Shown one piece after another: positions 44,001 to 53,358 of a stretch of DNA of 60,000 nt. The notes beneath the pieces are model-generated. The model did no database searches. It was not told the DNA's origin and saw only the letters and a program-made list of their open reading frames with translations. Each line of letters begins with the position of its first letter. The stretch's first letter is position 1. A program made the translations under genes and the position numbers. Source of the stretch: Schmidtea polychroa (Eukaryota); the NCBI GenBank assembly GCA_044892525.1, contig CM097885.1:6822001-6882000 (forward strand), read 5' to 3'.

Positions 44001-46293
44001 GCTTCTTAACATTTTAGAATAAGATTTTTTATCAAAATTTGTGTTAATTTGACTGATTCAATTTGATGGAGTTATTGTTAATTCGTTTTATTATATATAC
44101 TCTGAGTTTATCCGACAAGATATTTTCTCCCTCTATGGGTACTGCTCACAATTGGTACTGCTCGTAAGGGTACTGGTGTGTTTTAATGATTTTATTTAGG
44201 CAAATTTTTGGTTATTATTTAGCATTAAATTCATTGGTAATTTTTAGAGTTAGCGGGATTTTACTAACATTATTACTAACCTTTTTGTGAATAATTGAAA
44301 GAATATTTTGAAATTTAACGTTTTAGTGTTAATTCTAAGACAAATTTAATTAATTTCTTGATAATTTGCTATATTTTATTGACTTGTTTTTAAATTTACT
44401 TTTAAATAAAAATTATTTTTAATGACAGTTAGGTTAATAATTAGAGTTTTTACAATAATCAAGTGATTATTATTTAATTTTTGTAAAAATTATTGTAAAA
44501 TATACTGAAATTTGTGATTTTGAAAGATATATCACGTTATAATTGCTATATAATTAGCTGGATCGATGAAGAATTATGATCAATCAATATATTTCATCTC
44601 TAGTTAGGTATTTGATGATACATGTGGTTAAATATTGATTTTAGTGAATTTTGATCTTTTAGTGGACTCTTTGAATTTAGATACTAAATTATTTCAATGG
44701 AAGGATGTCTGTAACAATTAAATAAAATTCATATTTTGAAGAATTTTCTATGGATTTTAAGAGAATTGATATATTAAAGGTCTGATATATTAAAGTCGGT
44801 TGGTTAAGATGGTAATATATGATTTTTAAGGGGGTGTTTAAAATGATAGAAATATTTGGTGAGGGATCGGTTAAGGTGGAAATGTTTGAAATCTCTATTT
44901 AAATCGACAATGTTCTTATTGGTAAAATTTTAAAGGGAAATAGTCAGTATTTAGCTATGAATTAATAATAGTTCCTGTGAAATTATATCGTTTTAAAGGT
45001 TTATTAGGTTGTGATGAATGTTATTGCACAGTAATTTAGATTTATGTTTTAGAACCAGTTTTTTATTAATTATCCATTGTTTTATTAAGTCGTTTAGGGT
45101 TAATGATCAATTTACTTGGTTTTCACAATGAAATATTTGAAATCTTTAGAATTAATTGGGATTGATATCAAAGGTTATTGCTTTAAATTATTTACTTAAG
45201 AAGTTATTTTATTCATTGTGGGGACATCAGTGACAAAACTTGAGAAATATTGACTTAAAAGTTGGAAATCGACAACGGCTAAAGAAAATTTAACTTTATT
45301 GAAGGAATTTTATGATTTTAATTAGATTTCTAGAAATTAAATCGGTTGAATATTAAAGGTAAAATCTATTGAAGGAATATTATTATCGGATGGATAAATC
45401 TTTCAATGATATTTTGCTAAATTACCTTTGCTAAATATTATTTTAAATGACTAAAAATAACAAAATTAACCAATATTCATAAATTTATCGCACAAAATAT
45501 CCATGTTTTGGTTACTCAAACATCTTAAATTTCTCGCAAAGATATATTACGTCTAATGATCATCTAATTAAATTAGAAAATAATTGTTACTTTATAATAT
45601 ATATTTCTAACTAATAAGCCCCTTAATTGGATAAATGATAACCATATTTCTATTATGACTCCTTTAATTATTTTTGCCTCAAACAAATTTACTCTAAATG
45701 ATAAAGAATTTAAAATTATCAATGAATAATGACCATGTTTTTCTCATATTATTAACTATTGTAACGAACATTAGATGAATAAATTACCTTTTGCTTTAAA
45801 TGTCTAAAAAGTTAACCAATAAATTAGTCGCTCGAAATAAGTGTAAAGTTACATTTAAAATATTCACAAATTTCTGATTATCTTACCTAAGAATTTCTAA
45901 ATGATTAATATACCCTTGCGACTTGTTGAGTGTGACCAGTACCCTTGCTAGCAATACCCATAGGGGGACAGAATATTTTGTCGGATAAACTAGGAGTATA
46001 TGGTCTTTATTGATATATCAAAATACTGTTATTTATAAATCAACTAAAAATACTCAAAAATACTATATTATTTTACTGAATGATACCTTAAATGTTTTTA
46101 ATATACATATTTCTAAAATAAATCAACAGTTCAAACCAACAACATGTATGCAAGACCACCCATTGTTAATTTATTTCCAGTGTCACGTCCCTCAAAAATA
46201 CCGTGAGTGTTTTAACAAAACTGAGCTCAAAGAAACTTTCCAGATAACAACTCACCTGAATGTTTTGAACAAAAATGAGCGAAATTGAGAACA
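41006..46293. repeat. Long inverted repeat: arms 41006-43378 and 43921-46293 (2373 bp each), 542-bp spacer
   Basis: Coordinate sum is 87299 at the outer ends, the inner ends and the mirrored ORFs 41011-41289/46010-46288; only a handful of substitutions seen. Confidence 0.95.
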
Positions 46294-46539
46294 GTAGTGA
46301 GGAATCTATGCACCCCAGCACCCCCACCCTCAAAAAAAAACAGCTCTATTGACCCATATTTTCCACATTTATATGCTTTTTTACCCCATATTCTTCACTT
46401 ATTTTAACTTTTAAACTTTGTCCCCTATTGCCATTAACCCTTAATTTCTTCCCTTAAAAGTAAAAAAGTTCGGAATAGATGTATTTATAGATTAGTAATT
46501 CCGAGAAAAGGTAACGGGGTGCATAGATTCCTCACTACT
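46293..46539. mobile_element. 247-bp element with perfect 24-bp TIRs starting AGTAGT (Polinton-like termini)
   Basis: AGTAGTGAGGAATCTATGCACCCC ... GGGGTGCATAGATTCCTCACTACT; no TSD. Confidence 0.75.
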
Positions 46540-46852
46540 TGGTCTTAAGGATTTAATGTTATAAGGATTTAATGTTATAAGAATATCAGATTACCTAATT
46601 CATAATGATCTAGGTCGCCTGATCACCTTAAGGTTTTGAAAGTTTTAAAAATAAAAAATTTTATGAAAATAGTAAAACTGCTTTGAGGGGACAGTGGTAT
46701 TTTTTTTTTTTTTTTTTTTTTTTTTCACTGTCCCCTCAACAGTTTTTTTTGATCCGGATCATTTTTTTTTTATTTATCAACCTCTTTCGTTTATCAAATC
46801 TCTTCCAATATACAAGCTGGCCAGACTCATACATCAGAATCAATCCGATAAT

Positions 46853-47075
46853 AGCAGCACGCCTTATTATTCGCTTCTCGCTCACGAAGTCGATTTCAAC
46901 GGCGTTTTAAGCGTGCTGCTCGAAAGTACAAATGAATTCGAAAGCGAATCCGAAAGAGGTCCGAAAACAACCAAGAAATAAATGTGCACATTATAGAATC
47001 GATCCGGGGGTGTTCGAAAGACAGGTGGCGATAATTACCGGTTCGCCACCATCACCCGTTTCAATATTTTTTTTT
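46853..47075 (+). ncRNA. Candidate structured ncRNA or ssDNA structure of unknown family, ending in a T9 run
   Basis: Stems AGCAGCACGC/GCGTGCTGCT, ATTCG/CGAAT, GGGTG/CACCC, GGTGGCGA/TCGCCACC; repeated CGAAA. Confidence 0.5.
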
Positions 47076-47220
47076 CATATTTATGTTTAAAAAATAATTA
47101 ATTAATAAAAAAATAAAATAAAATAAAATAAATAAAATAAAATATACAAGTACTTTATAAATATAAGATACCCACACTATTATTTTCAAATTTTTAATAT
47201 TATTTTATGTTGAAAAAAAA

Positions 47221-47294
47221 CTAACCACAGTTAGGATTTGAACCGCTATCTATTTGAACCACTGTGCCGGTCTAGCCCACTGCGCCATCAAGGT
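47221..47294 (-). ncRNA. tRNA-like Pol III unit 1
   Basis: A box TGGCGCAGTGG at position 8, B box GGTTCAAATCC, T8 terminator; cloverleaf poorly paired. Confidence 0.65.
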
Positions 47295-47461
47295 TTGAAT
47301 TTTTGTCATTTTTTAGACTATAAATAATCGATTCAAGTTAAAACGTTTTTGATCTTAAATTTCCAAGAGTTGCCGTTGACCAATCACCTTTAAAATTTGT
47401 ACAAGTACTAAATCGAGTATGCTGATCAATATTTTGTTTAAAAAAAAAATTTGAAAAAAAA

Positions 47462-47534
47462 TGACCGAAATGGGATTTGAACCCATTGGTATTGGCAATG
47501 CAGTCGAGTGCTATTACCACTAAGCTATACTCAA
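47462..47534 (-). ncRNA. tRNA-like Pol III unit 2, tRNA-Cys(GCA)-like
   Basis: GTATAGCTTAGTGGTAATAGCACTCGACTGCA...ATGGG-TTCAAAT-CCCAT then T8; D and T arms intact, acceptor and anticodon stems unpaired. Confidence 0.72.
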
Positions 47535-47694
47535 TATGAAATAAGTTGTTAATGTGTGACTATTTATTGATGAAATTAATAATTAATTATTCATTTTCTC
47601 GACAACTACCACTCAGATCCATCTGAAAATTTAAATATATACTAAAATCAGTACGCTGAATCAGATTCCGTTGAAAAAAAAATATCGAAAAAAA

Positions 47695-47769
47695 TTGACC
47701 AAAATCGAAAATTGAACCCGGTACTCCCGGTGATAAAATTGAAGCCTATTCCCACTCCGCTATAATGGC
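47695..47769 (-). ncRNA. tRNA-like Pol III unit 3
   Basis: A box TAGCGGAGTGG at position 8, degenerate B box GGTTCAATTTT, GCCA/TGGT end pairing, T7 terminator. Confidence 0.55.
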
Positions 47770-47825
47770 TTACATAATATATTTAATTAATCCTATTTTG
47801 TGTGTGTAAATTTTAATATATAAAA

Positions 47826-49118
47826 ATGAATAATATAAATCTTAAAATTCAAGAAAAAAATAAATTAAATCTTGATTATAATAAAGAATTTACTCATGAA
47901 ATCAAGAAAAATGATGTACTTAAAATCTCCCCAACATCAGGATCTATTGCAAACTTAAATCGTAGGGGTGATATAGTTTTTCAATCTCTTCAAACATCAA
48001 ACCCTATAGATATTTGTAATGCCAAATTATATTATAAAATCGAATTAGAAATTGAAGCAAACAAAGATATAACCCTAGAAAATAATTTCTTTCCAAATTT
48101 ATTCTCCAACATGAGATTAAAACTAGGATCATCAGAAATTGAAACTGTTTTGCATCCGGGAGTATATTCTACAATGTTAAATTTTATTTTGACTGGTTGT
48201 GATTATAAAAACGAATATGGTGAATTAACAGGTTGGATTCCTGATGTTAATAAAGGGGATTTAGATAAAGATGGTTTAGATGTAAACCATGGTTACCATA
48301 AAAGAGCTGAACTTTATAAATCTAAAAAATTTGAAGGTTATTTTGAATTAAAACACTTGTTTGGATTCCTTCAAAACTATAATCGTATACTTCATAATGT
48401 TTTTATAGAATTCATCTGTAATAGAGTAGAAGGTGATAAAAGATTGTTCTATGGAGCTGTAGATACAAAAGCTAAATTAAAATTATCAACACTTGAATTA
48501 CATATACCTGAATGGACATTAAACCCACATTCTGAGATTAAACTCCTTGAAAGATTAAATTCCAACAAGTCTATAAATGTAAATTATTTAAATAGAATCT
48601 GTAGTGAATTTAGTATGACAGAGGGTTCAACATATTCTATAAAGGTAGCAAATTTAGCATACCGACCAAGATATATCTTGATTGGATTCAAAGAAGTAGA
48701 TTCATCTTTCCAAAAAAATAACAACTTGTTTATTCAAAAGATTGGAGTTGATAATTTAAAAACAATCCAAATTCAATTAAATAGTTCTTATTATCCAATA
48801 AATAGAATGGAATTTAATATTGAAAATAATGAAAACATATTCCCATATCTAAATTATATTGAAACATGTTATGATTTCAAAGTTGAACCGCAATTAAGTT
48901 TAGAAGATTTCAAAAATTTATATTCTATATTTTGTATAAATGTTTCAGACCAAGATGATCGCCTAGCCATAAATAATGTTGATGTTACACTTCATGTAAC
49001 AAAGGATTCTAATTTTAAAGCTAAAGTATATACATTAATATTAGAAGAAAAGAAAATAGAAATGAAATTATATGGTGGAAAGATTTCAATAATCGAAAAT
49101 GTTAGGGGAGATTCTTGA
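47826..49118 (+). CDS. Polinton major capsid protein (double jelly-roll)
   Basis: 430 aa; ITLENNFFPNLFSNMRLKLGSSEIE, RPRYILIGF and LNSSYYP motifs; genomic context. Confidence 0.85.
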   Translation: MNNINLKIQEKNKLNLDYNKEFTHEIKKNDVLKISPTSGSIANLNRRGDIVFQSLQTSNPIDICNAKLYYKIELEIEANKDITLENNFFPNLFSNMRLKLGSSEIETVLHPGVYSTMLNFILTGCDYKNEYGELTGWIPDVNKGDLDKDGLDVNHGYHKRAELYKSKKFEGYFELKHLFGFLQNYNRILHNVFIEFICNRVEGDKRLFYGAVDTKAKLKLSTLELHIPEWTLNPHSEIKLLERLNSNKSINVNYLNRICSEFSMTEGSTYSIKVANLAYRPRYILIGFKEVDSSFQKNNNLFIQKIGVDNLKTIQIQLNSSYYPINRMEFNIENNENIFPYLNYIETCYDFKVEPQLSLEDFKNLYSIFCINVSDQDDRLAINNVDVTLHVTKDSNFKAKVYTLILEEKKIEMKLYGGKISIIENVRGDS

Positions 49119-49147
49119 TTTAATCCCTGATATTTTAACATTTTAAA

Positions 49148-50533
49148 ATGTCTTTAAATAAATATTGGAGATGTGAAACTTGTAATTGTCAAGTTACAAG
49201 ACATCATAAAGCAAGCCATCTTAAAACTAAAAAACATACAGGAGGCGATTTGCAATCTTCAAAAACAACATCTTCAATATTAAAACCTTTTACTACAGAA
49301 AAATATCCAGGTGAAAGACATTTATTTAAACACAACTATACTGGACCAGGAACAAGATTAGATATTAGATTAGATGAAAATAATAATCCCAAACAAGGAG
49401 AAGAACCAATAAATAGAATTGATCAAGCAGCTTTAAAACATGACATTGCATACAATTCAACAAATCTTAGAGATAGACATGTTGCAGATGTGAATTTAAT
49501 ACATGATTTAAATAGTATCCAAAATCCATCAACCCAAGAAAAGATTCAAAGAGCTCTAGTTAAATTAGCAATGAAAGGTAAGATTTTCATAGGCTTAGGA
49601 CACAGTCCGATCACCATGGGTGCAAGACTTCCTAGGAAAGCAAAAGATGTTGCTTATAAAAAGATTATCGAACAAGCAGACATTGAAAGATCCCTCGAGA
49701 GTACAGCCAAGACTAGTTTACAAACCCCAACAGAATCAGAAATAAAATATGCAAAGGAATTACACCATGAATTTAGAAAAAATAAAAAATATTTAAAAGT
49801 TCAAGTACATGAAAAAGATCAAACATGGTCTGCAGATTTAGTCTTTATGCCCAAATCATCAGACCCTGAAAAATATAAAATAATTTTAACTGTAATAGAT
49901 TTATATACAAGATTTGCTTTTGCAAGATGTTTAGAAAATAAAACAGGATATTCTATTACAGAAGCATTTGAAAATATATTTGAAGAAAATCAAAGAATCC
50001 CAAAATATTTATGGTGTGATAAAGGAACAGAATTTTATAACAAAGTTTTTACAAAGTTTTTAAATGAAAATGATATTAAATTATATTCAACAGAAAACGA
50101 AGGAAAAGCAGTCGTAGTTGAAAGATTAAATAGAACATTAAAAAATAAAATGTGGAAATATTTTACTGCTATTGGAAAACAAAAATGGAACAATGAATTG
50201 TTACAAAAGATTGTAAATGAATATAATAATGATGTACATAGTTCTATAAAATTAACACCTTTAAATGCTTCCACGAAGCCTGAAACCATTAAAGTGGTAA
50301 ATATTGAAAATGATGTTATTGAAAAACCAAAGTTTAAAATTGGTGACCGAGTAAGAATATTTAAATATAAAAATAAATTTGAAAAAGGATTCACAGCAAA
50401 ATGGACAAATGAAATTTTTATTATAAATAAAATACATTATACAACTCCAATAACATATACCATCTTTGATTTAAATAATGAAAAAATATTAGGTAGATTT
50501 TATAATAATGAGTTACAGAAAACAGATTTTTAA
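49148..50533 (+). CDS. Fusion protein: C2H2 Zn finger, parvovirus-type PLA2, retroviral-like integrase
   Basis: CETC..H..TKKH; HNYTGPGT...DQAALKHDIAY; integrase D-D-E in WSADLV, WCDKGTEF, VVERLNRTLK; C-terminal KFKIGDRVRI. Confidence 0.93.
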   Translation: MSLNKYWRCETCNCQVTRHHKASHLKTKKHTGGDLQSSKTTSSILKPFTTEKYPGERHLFKHNYTGPGTRLDIRLDENNNPKQGEEPINRIDQAALKHDIAYNSTNLRDRHVADVNLIHDLNSIQNPSTQEKIQRALVKLAMKGKIFIGLGHSPITMGARLPRKAKDVAYKKIIEQADIERSLESTAKTSLQTPTESEIKYAKELHHEFRKNKKYLKVQVHEKDQTWSADLVFMPKSSDPEKYKIILTVIDLYTRFAFARCLENKTGYSITEAFENIFEENQRIPKYLWCDKGTEFYNKVFTKFLNENDIKLYSTENEGKAVVVERLNRTLKNKMWKYFTAIGKQKWNNELLQKIVNEYNNDVHSSIKLTPLNASTKPETIKVVNIENDVIEKPKFKIGDRVRIFKYKNKFEKGFTAKWTNEIFIINKIHYTTPITYTIFDLNNEKILGRFYNNELQKTDF

Positions 50534-50544
50534 GTCGACAAGCC

Positions 50545-51336
50545 CTAAAACAAACTTTTCCATATTTCAGCTTCTTCTCTATCCAAATAAATATAATTAT
50601 ATTTTTCTTTCCAATGATTATCAACAAACATATCAAACATATTCTTATCAGGTTCAACATTTGAAAATAAATCATTATAAATCATATTCTTATCACGGCG
50701 ATCTAATTTAAAAAATATAAAACAATTGGAATTATTTCTTATTGAATTTTTATCTAAAGCATAATATGTTTGAGATATATAAATAACATTACAATTATTA
50801 TGTCGACCTCGTGTAAAGTAACTCTTTTGAATCTCTTGATTTTTCATATTAACAACATCATCAAATATAACTAGATTCTTTTTATCTTTAGGAAGTAAAT
50901 CACAATGTAAAACATCTTCAGGTTTATTAGAGAATAAAACTTGAATTGCCTCCTGCCCTTCTTCACAAATATAATCATTTTTATTACTAATATCTGATTC
51001 TAAAATCTTTTCCTTATACCAATCAACCATATCACAAGGTTGAAAAACTTCTTCAGGACACCTATGTTGATTTTTAAAAATATCAATTATTGCTTTTTTA
51101 GTTAATTTATTTTCAAATCCACATTTCAAAAGTTGTAATTCTGGTTGATTTATGGTTGTAGAATAAAAGATTAAATTATTATAATCTAAAAAATCATCTT
51201 CAAGTAACATTCTCAAAACAAGTACATTCTTTCCACATCCAGAAGAACCAACAATTAATAATCTAAAATTATCAGGAAATACTTTATTATTAAATTTACT
51301 CTTATGTCTATTTAAAATTGGTTTCCAAGTATCCAT
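50545..51336 (-). CDS. A32/FtsK-like DNA packaging ATPase
   Basis: Walker A GSSGCGKN, Walker B LVIFDD, RGRH, ISQTY, IRNN. Confidence 0.92.
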   Translation of the reverse strand: MDTWKPILNRHKSKFNNKVFPDNFRLLIVGSSGCGKNVLVLRMLLEDDFLDYNNLIFYSTTINQPELQLLKCGFENKLTKKAIIDIFKNQHRCPEEVFQPCDMVDWYKEKILESDISNKNDYICEEGQEAIQVLFSNKPEDVLHCDLLPKDKKNLVIFDDVVNMKNQEIQKSYFTRGRHNNCNVIYISQTYYALDKNSIRNNSNCFIFFKLDRRDKNMIYNDLFSNVEPDKNMFDMFVDNHWKEKYNYIYLDREEAEIWKSLF

Positions 51337-51352
51337 TTTTATTTATTATAAA

Positions 51353-51946
51353 ATGACAACTGAAGAATCTTTGCAAGAATTAATAAATTCAAATAAAAAT
51401 AAATCAGTAGTAATTGATGGTAAAAAATATTTTATTGGAAAACATGTAAAAGAACAAGTTAGAGCGAAGCTCCACGAAGCTAAAGAAGGTGGCATTCTTC
51501 CATTAGCTGCTTTAATACCTGCAATCATTGCTGGTTTATCAGGTGCTGCTGGAATAGCTGGAGGAATTGCAACTACAGTTCAAAAAGCTAAAGAATCTCA
51601 AAAGACAGACCTAGAAAAAGAAAAACTACAAACTGAAATCGATTCAATGAAGAAGGTAGGGCAAGCTAAAGGGGGAGTGTCCGTTGGAAAGGGTCTCTAT
51701 CTTAATCCATATGAGGGGAGTCGGCAAAAGTCTCAGGGCAAAGGTCTCTATCTTGATCCTTATAAAGGTAGAGGTTTAAATGATTTTTTAAAAAATCAAA
51801 TTTCTACATCTGAATCTTTATCTTTAAAAGATAAAGAAGATTTAAAAAAAATATGTAAATCTTTAAAGAATGGATGTCTTTGTAAAACTAAAAATGGCAA
51901 AGGTTTATACTTGAAGCCCTTTCCAACGGATCCTTTACCAAAATGA
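51353..51946 (+). CDS. Putative virion core protein with an adenovirus pX(Mu)-like segment
   Basis: GGILPLAALIPAIIAGLSGAAGIAGGIA; three GKGLYLxP(Y/F) repeats. Confidence 0.65.
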   Translation: MTTEESLQELINSNKNKSVVIDGKKYFIGKHVKEQVRAKLHEAKEGGILPLAALIPAIIAGLSGAAGIAGGIATTVQKAKESQKTDLEKEKLQTEIDSMKKVGQAKGGVSVGKGLYLNPYEGSRQKSQGKGLYLDPYKGRGLNDFLKNQISTSESLSLKDKEDLKKICKSLKNGCLCKTKNGKGLYLKPFPTDPLPK

Positions 51947-51968
51947 TACCATTTTTAATACCATAAAA

Positions 51969-52838
51969 ATGGTATATGAAGAAAGATTAGCACTTTTAAA
52001 AAAATTACAATCAGAACAAGATAAATATAATAAAAAAGATACAAGTCAACATGCTGAATCTATAATATTAAATGAGGTAATAACACAACAACAGGGGCCA
52101 ACAATTAAAGCTATAAAAGGATTAAATGAGCAAGCAAAATTTAAAGAGTTAGAAGATGGAGGAAGTCCCCATGAACAAAAAATAAAAAAACTAGAGTGGA
52201 AGGAAGAATCCAGTGAAAGTCATTCTGAAAGAAATCAAAGAAAACGCAGAAGAATTTCTAATGCGGAAGAAGAAGAAGAAATGTTTTTAAAAACAAAACC
52301 TCTTAAAGTTGATCCTAAAATTAGAGATGATTTACCTCCTTCAATTAGACCCACATTTAATACTAATACTGAAGGATATCAAATAATAACAATTAATAAA
52401 CAAAACTTTACTTTATATTCAAATTCAGAAAATAAATCACGTATTCATTCACAAAATGTTTATAATAATGAATATTTAGACTTTGAATTTACAGATGATT
52501 TTTATAAATTACTTTGTGGATATTCTTCAGATGATCTTGAAGAAATTAAAAAATATTTAAATTTAATAAGATTAATAAGAGCTGGTTCTAAAGCAAAATA
52601 TATTCAAGATTTAAAGAATTATTTAGATAAAAATGAAAAGGGTTATGTTGTTACAGAGGGAGAGGGATTAATTAGTGAAGGAAATCCCATCAATCTTTTT
52701 ATTGAATTAAGAAAACTATTAGCTGCAAGGAAAGCAGGACATAATAATTTAGATTCTGATATTTTAAAGATTTCTAAAGATTTGTTAAAACAAGGAATAA
52801 TTTCAAAAGATAAATTTAATAAGTATACGAAGTTATAA
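51969..52838 (+). CDS. Conserved Polinton protein of unknown function
   Basis: 289-aa ORF; GEGL..NPINLFIELRKLLAARKAGHNN...LLKQGII C-terminal motif; basic NLS-like RKRRR. Confidence 0.7.
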   Translation: MVYEERLALLKKLQSEQDKYNKKDTSQHAESIILNEVITQQQGPTIKAIKGLNEQAKFKELEDGGSPHEQKIKKLEWKEESSESHSERNQRKRRRISNAEEEEEMFLKTKPLKVDPKIRDDLPPSIRPTFNTNTEGYQIITINKQNFTLYSNSENKSRIHSQNVYNNEYLDFEFTDDFYKLLCGYSSDDLEEIKKYLNLIRLIRAGSKAKYIQDLKNYLDKNEKGYVVTEGEGLISEGNPINLFIELRKLLAARKAGHNNLDSDILKISKDLLKQGIISKDKFNKYTKL

Positions 52839-52890
52839 ATACGAAGTTATAAAATACGTAGTTTTAAAATACGAAGTTTTAAAATACAAA

Positions 52891-53358
52891 ATGACTCCTT
52901 CAATCGAATACCCCTCTATATTAGATTTTTTAAAAACATTTGGAATAAATGCAAAAACAAATTTTGATTTAAAAGATTATGCAAATTATTTAAATTTAAA
53001 AATTAAAATATTAATGAATGATGAATTATCAAGTCTGGAGAGTCCCCTGAATATAATAATCAATTATCAAAATTCAAATGAAAAAGGATCTCATTGGGTT
53101 TGTATATATAAGAAATCTATCTACTTTGATTCTTTTGGGATTAAACCTACTAAAGAAGTTGAAGATTATCTCTTGAGGGGTTCTCCGATTGATTCCCCAA
53201 ATGGTTATACTTTTAACTCTTTACAAGTTCAACCTTTGAATACTAAAATATGTGGTATTTTAAGTTTATATGTTTTGTATAGATTGAATATGGGGCATAC
53301 GCAGGATTTTGAATCTATAATTCAAGAAATTTATAATGATCTAGAATCTCTACTATAA
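52891..53358 (+). CDS. Adenain-like cysteine maturation protease
   Basis: GSHWVC, YFDSFG, QVQ..CG give the H-D-Q-C catalytic order. Confidence 0.92.
   Translation: MTPSIEYPSILDFLKTFGINAKTNFDLKDYANYLNLKIKILMNDELSSLESPLNIIINYQNSNEKGSHWVCIYKKSIYFDSFGIKPTKEVEDYLLRGSPIDSPNGYTFNSLQVQPLNTKICGILSLYVLYRLNMGHTQDFESIIQEIYNDLESLL

Noticed and set aside
47462..47534. Functional tRNA-Cys gene
   Set aside because: Acceptor and anticodon stems do not pair; kept as a tRNA-like ncRNA instead.
50035..50711. Short ORFs antisense to or overlapping the integrase and ATPase; likewise 54206-54526 and 58747-59074
   Set aside because: Shadows of real genes.
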